Assembly: GCA_026026165.1 (NCBI GenBank)
Contig: JAPEUD010000048.1
Location: 1 to 64,000 of the forward strand
Length of the DNA stretch: 64,000 nt
Direction of reading: 5' to 3'
Source: Sarea resinae
Taxonomy: Eukaryota
The position numbers and the translations under genes are program-made. Below are positions 1 through 10,138 of the stretch, one piece after another. The notes beneath the pieces are model-generated. The model was not told the origin of the DNA, made no database searches, and was given only the letters and a program-made list of their open reading frames with translations. How positions within the stretch are numbered: position 1 is the first letter of the stretch; each line of letters starts with the position of its first letter.

Positions 1-124
1 CTAACCCTAACCCTAACCCTAACCCTAACCCTAACCCTAACCCTAACCCTAACCCTAACCCTAACCCTAACCCTAACCCTAACCCTAACCCTAACCCTAA
101 CCCTAACCCTAACCCTAACCCTAA
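1..124 (+). repeat. Telomeric repeat array (CCCTAA)n, ~20 units; chromosome end
   Basis: Perfect CCCTAA tandem array from base 1, with the C-rich strand on +, as expected for a left chromosome end in fungi with TTAGGG telomeres. Confidence 0.98.
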
Positions 125-1254
125 ATTCTTCTACTATTATTAATCTATTTACTTTACTAAAGATATTACTAGAAGAGTTTACTAAAATTAATACTTTAAT
201 ACTAGACTAAACACTAAGTTATATACTTAAATAACTCTTTACTTAACTAGCTTATTAACTAGCACTCTAACTTCCTTCTTATTACTATACTACTTATATA
301 ATACTAAGTACTTATATAGATAGATAGATAACTACTATAATATATAAAGAAGTAGTTCTACTTATAAGATCTACTATAAGACTTTTAACTATACTATTAG
401 TCTTATAGAAACTAGCTTAGAAACCTCTACTAAGAAGCTTTTTTATTAGATAATACTTATTCTACACTTTTCTTATTCTCTTAAACTTTTATAACTACAC
501 TTCTATACTAATCTTTACTATCTAGCTTCTTAATTCTTCTTCTAACTATAGCTATTTACTAACTAATTAATATATTAAGATCTTCTACTTCTATTAATCT
601 ATTTACTTTACTAACTAAATTACTAGAAGAGATTCTTATAATTAACTATTAAATAGTACTGTAAAGACTTAGTTATAGAGCTAAATATACCTCTACAATA
701 CTTGCTAGCTAGATACTACTCTAAATTACCTCTTATTACTATAATTAGTTCTATAATATAATACTATACAATTGTATAGAGAAATATAACTACTATAGTA
801 TATAGAGAAGTGTTTCTACTACTTAGATCTAGTGTAAAAGTTCTGACTATATTATTCTTAGACCTTATAATATACTAAAAGTCTTACTCTTACTTAATAA
901 CTTCTATTTAGACCTTTCTTTTAGTATTAAAAGTAATAATACACAATAAATATAAACCTTAAGCTCTCTATACAAATCTTACACTATAAAAGAATAATAA
1001 TCTATTTTAATAGACTGCTTTTCTTTATAGCATCTATATATATAGGTGTATAGAGAAATCACCTATATATTTAACTTACACTAGTAGTTTTTACTAGCTA
1101 GGCTAGCTAAATAGCTAAGATACAACGCAGCCTATAATGCAGGCAAGTAGCGCTAGCGTAGTATAGAGAGTTAGAGGTAAGGCTAGGAGTACTAGAGGCA
1201 ATGTTTTATTGTGTCTAACTAGTAGCAACTCTACTACTATAATACTACTTAGTT

Positions 1255-1380
1255 TAGGCTAGCCTAGCTAGCTAAATAGCTAATAGGCAAAGTAAGCGCG
1301 TAGCGCACAAAGAGTTTTTTTCCTTCTAGATAATCTAGCAATATTTTCTTCTAGACTATCTAGAAGTTTAATTATTAAAC
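1255..1380. repeat. ~120 bp dispersed direct repeat with palindrome CTTCTAGA-CTA-TCTAGAAG (copies at ~1255-1380, ~6383-6495, ~9132-9235; palindrome alone at 4150-4168)
   Basis: Shared string (GG)CTAGCCTAGCTAGCTAAA(A)TAGC ... AGAG(G)TTTTT ... CT(T/G)CTAGACTATCTAGA ... TAATT(A/G)TTAA at all three loci. Palindromes at 1348-1366, 4150-4168, 6464-6482 and 9201-9219 (the last two imperfect). Confidence 0.8.
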
Positions 1381-1398
1381 AGCGATATTAAGCGATAT

Positions 1399-4300
1399 CT
1401 AAGCTTGCTTAAGCTCTTACTAAAGGTGTAGAATCACTTTAATTATCACTACTATAGTGTTACTAACCTACTCTCTCTACACTAGCTAGATATACTGTTA
1501 CCTAAGCCACTTGCTATATCCTTTAAGGTTGCCTTACTAGCTAAGAAATCTAGCCCTACTAATTAGCTTCTACTCTCTTATACTAGCTGCTGCATTAGCT
1601 GCAGTAGTGCGCACAATTAGCACTAGTTAATTCAGCTACTAATAGCTAGTCTAAGTGTTAACTCTAGTGTAGTAATACTGCTAACTAATGCTGTATTAAA
1701 AGCAGCTGTAGGTCTTCTTCTCTAAGTCCTCTTAGAACTAGATTTTCTATTAGAAGCTATTAATAGCCTACTTGCTAAGCGCACTCTGCTGCAGGCATTA
1801 GTGCTAGCTATACTTCTACTACTCTACCTACCTAGCCTTTTCCTTAAGCCTCTTAGCTACCTAGCAGATAGCGCACTACTCTTTAAGCTAGTTAAGTGCC
1901 TGCTTAACAACAGCCTATTACTGCTTTACTTTAGCCTTATAAGTCTGCTACTTAGTTAGGCCCTTGTTGTATTAATTGCACTGCGCTACTATACTTTAGT
2001 TAACCTTACTACACTACACTCTCTTTCTATTAAGGTAGCTGCTTATAATCTGCTACTAGTAGCCCTAAGTAGTAATAAATTCCTATATTGCCTGCTAGTT
2101 AATAGTACGCTCTATAATAGCTGCTGCTATAAGCTAGCTAGCCTCTATAAGTATAACAGTATCTATATCCTTGCTAGCGCGCCTAGCCTAGCCTAACTCC
2201 TACACAAAGTTAATTATACTATATAGCACTCTAATATATAGCGTTATTAAGATCTTACTATAGTTAACCCTAGTGCTAAGCGCGCTAGTAGCGACAATCT
2301 AGCTCTCTTTAGATATCTACTGCCTAAGCTAGCGCTCCTTATCCTTTAATATTAAGTAATAGTAGCTGCATTATAGAGTCTTAGCTAAGGCTTTACATAT
2401 TGCCTAGGTTTAGCAATAGATCACCTCTTTCTCTTACTACTATAGTCGCTACTACAGCTGCTATTAATAGAGGTGCGCTACACTCTTAAGCAGCTAGCTA
2501 TCTTTACACTACACTACTAGATAGCAGGTGCGTAGCTAGATTATACAAGCGCAAATGTAGCGCGCTACTAGTATTAGCATGCTGTTAGCTAGCTCTTACT
2601 CTAGAGTAGGCAGCAATATTATAGTTAGTAGTATTATTAGGTATATTATTATCTACAGATGCTTAAGATTATTAAGCCGCGGCTAGTAATTGTTAGCTAT
2701 AAACGTTAGGTGACACTTATCTATAACAATCTGCTATAGCAGACTATGCTGCTATAGCGCTATAGTGTACATTAAGAAACCTAACCTACTAGTAAGATTA
2801 GCGCTAACTACTACTACTATAGTAAAGCTGCTATTGCTATACCTCTACTTAAGACTATTAATACTAACCTGCTGCAATTAGCTAACTAGATTATTTACTA
2901 AGGTGTAGAACAGCACTACTACTACTATTACTAGCAGCTCTTATAGCCCTTTCTCTTACTGCTATTACTTAAGCTAAGCTAGCAGTATAAACAGCAGGCT
3001 CTTTCTACCTCTAGTAGGCAGCACTACTACAGTTAGTGTCTTATGTTATAAGATCGCTTATAATACTACGCGCTGCTCTACTAACTTAAACTCTACTTAA
3101 CTTAACTCTAGCAATTACTATATACTAGTAATAACCTCCTCTAAGTTAATATTAATCTCTTACCTTAACCTATTATTATTCTCTAGCAGCTAAAACCGCT
3201 TGCAGCAGCTATAGCCTATTACTAGAACTCTTATTTCTTCTCTCTTCTTTTACTCCTTCTCTAGCAGCTGCTCTTTCTTTGCTTCTTGCTTGCGCTTTAG
3301 CTTTCTCTTAAGCTTAGGCTTAGACTCGCTTTGCTACACTGCACTAGCTAGGCTGCTACTACTATTAAGCTGTAGGAATACATACTACACCTAACTTACT
3401 TAGCTAAACATGTTAAGAGAGTATACACTAAGATTCTAGACAATATCTCTAGAAACGCTATATTAAATTTGCTTAATAGTAGTAGTATACCTAGTCTATA
3501 GCTTAAGTTTGTCTTTCTACTTAAGCTATAGCTCCTCTATATCCTTAGCCTTATCTCTATAATATAACGCTTACCTCTTACTAGCAGCAAATTCCTTGCC
3601 TATAAATTTCTAGCTGATTGTGATTACTATATATTAATAGTCCTATATAGTTAGCTAACATTTTAACTGCATAGATATCTTGCAGCTAAGGACTTAGGTT
3701 AGCTGCTTTATTAGCTACAGCTACTCTTTAGCTATGCCTTAGATAAATTCATTGTTAAGCCTACTCTCTAAGCTAACTACAGTCTGTAAGTAGTTGTAGA
3801 ACAGCTGTATATAGACTAGGTAGACAACTATAAGCTAGCTAACTTGCTACAGTAAGAAGTGTAGCACTACCTTTAAGGTATTATACTAGGCCTAGCTCTT
3901 ATAGTAGCAGGTTACTAGTATAACTAATCTATCTACTATATAGATATTGTAATCCTATAGCAAGCTGTTATAATAGCGCACTAACAACTCCTTAGTGCTG
4001 CAGCTAGGCTAGCCCCTAGTTATATAGCAGCTAAAGAGTAGTAGCTTAAGAAAGGCCTACACGCACTAGTAGTAGTCCCTAACTAGGCCTAGTTCCTAGC
4101 TAGTGCTATTATGCTATTAGAGCAGTTTTTTATCTTCTTTCCTTTCTTTCTTCTAGACTATCTAGAAGTATTAAGCTATGCAAGTGATACACGCTACTAT
4201 TAAAGAGAGCCTCTAATTAAGCTAGTTTACTAGATTGCTAAAGAAGGACTAATTCTGCTATATAAACGCTATATTATCCTTAATACTAGCTAGGTTAATA

Positions 4301-5925
4301 ATAAAGCAGTCGCTTAGTTTATAGCACTACATTAGCTTAGGCTAAAGGATAGCCTTAGCAGCCTTAATCGCCTAGTACGCTATCTGCTAGAAGTAGGCGA
4401 TTATAATTAGCTTACTATAGAAGCGCAGCGACTAAGCATCCTAGGCCTAGTTTGTTATCGCTATACTTAGCTGCTACTAGCTAATGTACTTAGTGTATAT
4501 AAGCAGGCTAATTATTATACTTATTAGGGTTAGTAAGCTATTAGCTAGGAATATCTTACACTGCCTTAGGAAGCGCTTCTACTTAGCCTAGCTTTGCTGC
4601 TCCTACACAGCTGCTAGTAGCAGCACCTTAACTCTAATCACCTACATATAGTAGACTACTCTAGCTAGCTAGTAGAAGTAGCTTATCGCTATATACAGCT
4701 GCTTAGTAAAGGGGTTAATACTAAGCATAATAAGGAAGTAGACTAGCGCGCTGTTAAAAGGGTCTACTAGTAGTAGGTTAAAGATAAGCGCTTATAAGAA
4801 GGCTAGCACTTAGTCAACTTATAGAGCCTTATTACTATTAAGCTTAAGCGACTCTTAGATAGCTTGCAAGCGCTTATTCTGCTCTACTATTAGATATAGC
4901 AATTTATTAGCATCCTTTAGCTATATATTAAGTGTATAGGCAGTAAAGGTGTAGTAGGTAAAGACATACAAGTAATAGCAGATTAGACACGCCTAATAGT
5001 TAGTATAGCGCACCTAAGCCTTTATAGTCTGCAGCTAACCTAATAGCTTTAGGTGCACTTTAGTGCGCTTCTTACTATATAGCTAGTAGTAGAGCTTAAG
5101 CAGTAAAGTAGCTAGCCTAGCTACACAGCGCTTAATTATTAGTTAGGTGACCTTAGTAGCCTAGCTAAGGATCTAGTCTAAATCCTGCTGCTGCTGCTGC
5201 TGCTACAGCCGCCTAAGTCGCTAGTTAGAGAGCTTACTAGTGTAGAGAAAGTGAGCTATATTCTAGCAGTGTAGGTAGGCTAGCTAGCTAGTATAACTAA
5301 ACTAGCTAGTGCAATTAGTCTTTTGCACTTTACTCTTAGTTAAGGCCTAACTCTGCTTATATATAGCCTGCTAAGTATTAAATTCACACTAGATCTAACT
5401 TGCTAGGTTAGAGTTAGAGGCGTCTTAGCCTTATAGTAGTAGCAGTTAATTATTATTATTATCCTTATTTCTCTCTCTCTTATACTCCTTTTCTACTAGC
5501 TAGACTAGAAAATATTGCTGTAGCCTACAGCTATTAAAGAAGGTCTAGGCCTTAATTAAGTGCTAATACCTAGAGTTCTACCTACTTACTTACTAGTTGT
5601 GTTTTAGGTTACAATGTTGCTGCATTACTATTTAGCTTATGCTAATATAGCTACATTAATTATAATTATCGCATTTAAAGGCTTCTAAAAGCTCTCCTAG
5701 GGCTGTAAAAGCAGGGCTATCTCTAGGTAGTAACAGCACCTTATATAGTTTAGCTAAGGTGTAGTTGTGTAAGCTTGCTATAATTCGCCTACATTGCTTA
5801 AGTAGTAGCAGATGCTAATGCTCTAGATACTAATTAAAGTTCTTAATAGTGTAATAATACTAACTATAGAGCAGCACTTAATAGTCACCTATATAGTGCA
5901 ACTAGTTAACTGCTGCAGCTGCTAT
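1399..5925 (-). pseudogene. RIP-inactivated telomere-linked RecQ-family helicase (TLH): N-terminal DUF3505/OrsD-like Zn finger, central recombinase-like region, SF2 RecQ helicase; ~1500 codons
   Basis: Manual minus-strand translation with RIP transitions reverted; all motifs checked fall in the same frame. Zn-finger YRVLLC..H.YAI...RHL...H (~5810-5890); QTFF..GLQQYF (~5510-5550); FDSALVHFLAVLGID (~4715-4760); FLADGS.TPMS..ISLLAY (~4495-4550); Walker A VVLPTGGGKSLLF (LPTGGGKS 2998-3021, reads LPTRGRKS); DECH (2710-2721, reads DKCH); LLTATLPP (~2610-2635); VATSALGTGVD (~2263-2295); QESGRAGR (~2179-2202); CRR..SYLD Zn site (~2030-2065). Start ATA (from ATG) at 5923-5925 and stop at 1399-1401 are inferred. 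Confidence 0.9.
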
Positions 5926-5984
5926 TTAGAGTAAAGGCCTTTAGAACTTAGCTAGGTTAGTTAGTTAAAGAGAGATTCTAGTAG

Positions 5985-6250
5985 AGGTATAAGTTAAAAG
6001 TAGAGTAGCTCTAACTAAGGCTTAGCAACTTAACTCTAGAAGGTTAAGCAGGTAAGAACAGCACTACACTAATAGTAGAGGAGATAATTAAGATAATTAA
6101 TTAAGTTAGTAATATATAGAACAGCTATTGCTAAAGGGTTAGCTACTAGGCTAGTAGTGTAGTGTTTAACGCGATCTTTTACAGCATTTATATAGTTATA
6201 ATCCTCTCTTACTACCTTCCTACTTTCTGCTAGCTAGGCTAGGCTAGTTA
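5985..6250. repeat. ~270 bp repeat in four copies upstream of the TLH genes (~5985-6250, ~6745-6970, ~8830-9060, ~9495-9720)
   Basis: Shared GTA(T/C)AAGT..AA(A/G)GTAG..CTAACTAAG ... GTTAAGC ... ATAGAA ... GGTTAG ... ACTTTCT(G/A)CTAGCTAGGCTAG. The last copy is mostly unmutated (ACTTTCTGCCGGCGGGGCGG). Confidence 0.75.
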
Positions 6251-7041
6251 GTAGCAGTAAGTAGTTAAAGTACACTACTATAAGTTACCTAGTAATGCTA
6301 CTACAAGTAGGCTTACTCTACCCTTAAGGATGCTACTAAGAGTCCTCTAGCTATACTATTTGATTTGCTGCTATATATTATTAGGCTAGCCTAGCTAGCT
6401 AAAATAGCAGGCAGGTAAGGTAAGCAAGTAAAGCGCATGTGTGTAGTGTATAGAGAGGTTTTTCTTCTAGACTATCTAGAGGTGTAATTGTTAACTAGCT
6501 CTAGAGCAGATAGGATAGCAACCTACAATGCAGTTAGGATACTACTACTAAGAGTTACTATAGGAAAGAGAGACACTACTATAGGTTACTTAGTAGTCGC
6601 TCTACTAGTCTATTAGTAGCGATTTAGTAGTAGAGCTCTAAGTAGCAATGCTACTATAGGTTACCTAGAGGTTATATATAGCTATTACTTAGGGGCGCGC
6701 TTGCTAGCTAGCTTGCTTAGTCGCGCAGTTGTAATGCAGTTAGGGTACAAGTTAAAAGTAGCTCTAACTAAGGTTAAGCAGCTCTAGAGAGTTAAGCAGG
6801 CCTAAACAGCCTTAATAGTAGAAGAGAATTAATTGAGTTATATAGAAAGGTCGCTCTTAAAGGGTTAGAGATCTAGCAGGCAGTGAAAAAAGCAAGGTTT
6901 AGCAAGACTTTTCAAATTGCAATCCTACTTTATATAATCCTACTTTCTGCTAGCTAGGCTAGCTAATTAGATAGCAGTAGTAAGAGGATATACTAGGTAT
7001 ATACTATATAATCTAAGTAGGATTGCAAGCTGCAATGCAGT

Positions 7042-8760
7042 TAGGTTAATAGTAAAGCAGTTGCCTAGTTTGCAGCACTATATTAGCTTAGGCTAAAGGA
7101 TAGCCTTAGTAGCCTTAATTATCTAATACGCTATCTGCTAGAAGTAGGCGATTATAATTAGCTTGCTATAGAAGCGCAGCTACTAAACACTCTTAGGCTA
7201 GCTTATTATTGCTATACTTAGTTGCTATAAGCTAATATACTTGCTATATACTAGCAGGCTAATTATTATACTTATTAGGCTTAGTAAGCTATTAGTAAGG
7301 AATCTCTTACACTAGGCTAGAAAGCGCTTCTGCTTAGCTAGGCTTTACTACTCCTACACTACTACTAGTAGCAGCACCTTAGCTCTAATCACTTGTATAT
7401 AGTAGACTACTCTTACTAGCTAAAAAGAGTAGCTTATTACTATATATAGCTAATTAGTTTTAGAGTTAATACTAAGTATAGTAAGGAAGTAGATTAGCGC
7501 GCTATTAAAGTAGTCTACTAGTAGTAGGTAAAAGATTAGCGCCTATAAGAAGGCTAGTATATAGTTAACCTATAAGGACTTATTGCTATTTAGTTTAAGC
7601 AACTCTTAGATAGCCTATAAGCACTTATTCTGCTCTGCTATTAGATATAGCAATTTATTAGTATCTTTTAGCTATATATTAAATGCATTGTTATTATTAG
7701 CTGTAGTAAAGGTGTAGTAGGTAAAGATATATAGGTAATAGCAGATTAGATACATCTAATAGTTAGTATAGCGCTCTTAGCTCTTCTTACTATATAGCTA
7801 AGCTTATAGCTACTAGTGCACCTTAGTGCGCTTCTTACTATATAGCTAGTAGTAGAGCTTAAGTAGTAGAGTAGCTAGCCTAGCTATATAGCGCTTAATT
7901 ATTAGTTAGGTGACTTTAGCTGCTTAGCTTAAGATATAGTTAAAATCTTACTCTAGGCGCTGCTACTACTGCTGCTGCCTAAGTTGCTAGTTTAGAAGCT
8001 TGCTAGTATAGAGTAAGTGCGCTATATTCTAACAGCCTAGGTAGGCTAGCTAGCCTATACAACTAAACTAGCTAGTCTAATTAGTCTTCTACACTTTGCT
8101 TTTAATTAGAGCCTAACTCTACTTATATATAGCCTACTAAGCATTAAATTCACACTAGATCTAGCTTACTATATTAGTGTCTTTATAACTTAACTATATA
8201 GGTAACCTAGTTAAGCAGCCTAGCTTAGAGTTAAAAGAAGAAGAAAAAGAAGAAGAGAAAAAGAAAGAGAAAGAGAAAGTATACTCTCTTTAATCTGCTA
8301 GCAGCAGCTATATAGAGAAATATTGCTGTAGTCTATAGCTATTAAAGAAGGTCTATACCTTTACTAAGTGCTAATGTATTGCTTTTTTTAGCTAGCTAGC
8401 TTACTAGTAGTGCTGCTTATTATAATGCTTTTGTATTACTAGTTAACTAATACTAATATAGTAATATTAGTTAAAATTATTATATTAAAAGGTGTCTAGT
8501 AGCATTCCTAATACTAGAAACAGCTAGCTATTAACTAGTAGTAATTAGATGTCTTATAGTTAAGTAAAGATATAATCACATAGGCTAGCTATAATTAGCT
8601 GCTACTACTTTACTAATATACTATAATAATACTTAAGATACTAGTTAAGGTTCTAAATTGCATAACTATATTACTAGTATAGTAGCACCTAATAATTAGG
8701 TTTATAGACTAGCTAGTTTACTATAATAGTTATAGTAGTAGCAGCTGCTACAACTGCTAT
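7042..8760 (-). pseudogene. Second, 3'-truncated RIP-mutated TLH paralog (N-terminal third only)
   Basis: 7042-8760 aligns by eye with 4291-5925 (e.g. GCTAAAGGATAGCCTTAG, CTATCTGCTAGAAGTAGGCGATTATAATTAG). It encodes the same Zn-finger, QTFF and FLADGS motifs but stops at 7042, before the recombinase-like and helicase regions. Confidence 0.85.
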
Positions 8761-10138
8761 AGTAATAGTAATAGATAGTTAAAGCGTGTATATACACTTG
8801 CTATAACTAACTAAAGGGATTTAGTAGAAAGTATAAGTTAAAAGTAGCTCTAACTAAGGCCTTATAACTCTAAGAGGTTAAGCATGCTAGAACAGCTCTA
8901 ATAGTAAAAGGAGATAATTAAATCTAGTTGTATATAGAAAGGCTACTACCTATAGGTTAGAGATTAGGCTAGTAGTATTAGATGTAATACCTTGCTAGTT
9001 TTATATTAGCTTAATTCTATACTACTTTAATTGCACTTTCTACTAGCTAGGCTAGCTAATAAGCAATGTGTATACACTAGGCAGTTAATAAATAAATACT
9101 AGACACTTACTTAGGATTATTTACTGTTTTACTAGCCTAGCTAGCTAAATAGCTAGCAAGTAAGGCAAGTAAAGCACCTACAGCCTAGAGAGAGGTTTTT
9201 CTGCTAGACTATCTAGAAAGTTTAATTGTTAAACAGCTGTATTAGATAGAATAGCAACTAGCTATATAGTTAGGATACTACTAAGGCTTACTTCTCTTAA
9301 GGTGCTATAAAGAGTTACCTAGGGCGTGCTTAACTAGTTACTAGGTTAGTTAGTTAGTTAGTCGCTATTTCAGAAAAAAAAGGTAGCTTATACCACTAAG
9401 AGTTACCTAGAGATACCACTAGAGAGAGAGGGTAGAGTTACCTAGAGCGTGCCTGCTTGCTTACCTAGTCGCTCTTAGTAGCGATGCAGTTAGGGTATAA
9501 GTAGAAGGTAGCCCTAACTAAGATTAAGCAAACCCTAGAGAGTTAAGCGGGCCCGAACGGCATCAACAGTAGGAGATGATCGATCAAGTGCCATAGAAAG
9601 GCGGCTCCTCAAGGGTCAGAGATGCGGCTGGCGGCGTCAGGAGCGATTTCGACGCGCTGGCATCTGCTCGATCCTACTGTGCTCGATCCTACTTTCTGCC
9701 GGCGGGGCGGGCCAATCACCGGCCGGGCGGTGAGGGTACGTACCCGGTACGTCTCCTCGATCCTACTTCGATCGCGAGGAGCAATGCGGATAGGCAGATG
9801 CCGGATCTCAGGGCTAAGGTATCGGGTCTCGTGATTGTCACGGCCAACACCGACGCAAAGTTAAGCCCGCTCACAGATGGCTTTATATCTATCGCTGGCG
9901 CCAAACTCACGTGTCAATAAGTTAAGGCTAGGAACCCTTCTTTTTGCGCTAGATTTGCAGGACGGTTGCTTGAATTTGCTCTTCACTAAGCCTCTGTGTT
10001 GCCTCTTGCCGCCCGAATAGAAGTCGAATATCCTGCATTTATTCGTCCGTGTGCTCTCGGCTCCGAACAAAAGTTTCCCAATAATAATACTCGAGTCAAC
10101 TTTGGCTCCACCTCTCAGGGAAAGTTGCCACAATCGTC

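Larger units (their letters stand above)
125..9545. repeat. AT-rich subtelomeric domain with repeat-induced point mutation (RIP) signature
   Basis: Strong excess of TpA/CTAG/TAG and scarcity of CpA, TpG and CpG; no ORF >=60 aa in six frames; abrupt return to normal composition near 9545. Confidence 0.92.
4291..9794. repeat. Head-to-tail ~2.75 kb imperfect duplication (4291-7041 and 7042-9794): TLH 5' half plus upstream region
   Basis: Anchors with ~2750 offset: 4291/7042, 6731/9481, 7032/9781; 6464/9201 is offset by 2737. The copies also differ by indels and transversions. Confidence 0.85.

Noticed and set aside
3434..3454. Hairpin TTCTAGA-N7-TCTAGAA as another copy of the palindromic site
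   Set aside because: Different spacer and no flanking similarity; TCTAGA is commonly generated by RIP.
9488..9519. Inverted telomere hexamers AGTTAGGG...CCCTAACT as an internal telomere seed or fusion scar
   Set aside because: Single units only; homologous copies read CTCTAACT, and RIP can create TTAGGG from TCAGGG.
125..9545. LTR/LINE retrotransposon or DDE transposon as the source of the AT-rich block
   Set aside because: No RT, integrase or transposase motifs recognised; the decodable motifs all belong to the TLH protein.
1255..9794. CRISPR-like or integron-like array suggested by the spaced palindromic repeats
   Set aside because: Eukaryotic context, kilobase and irregular spacing; explained by the TLH unit structure.
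9622..10133. Short ORFs at the RIP boundary
   Set aside because: They overlap the non-coding repeat end or lack motifs; likely spurious.
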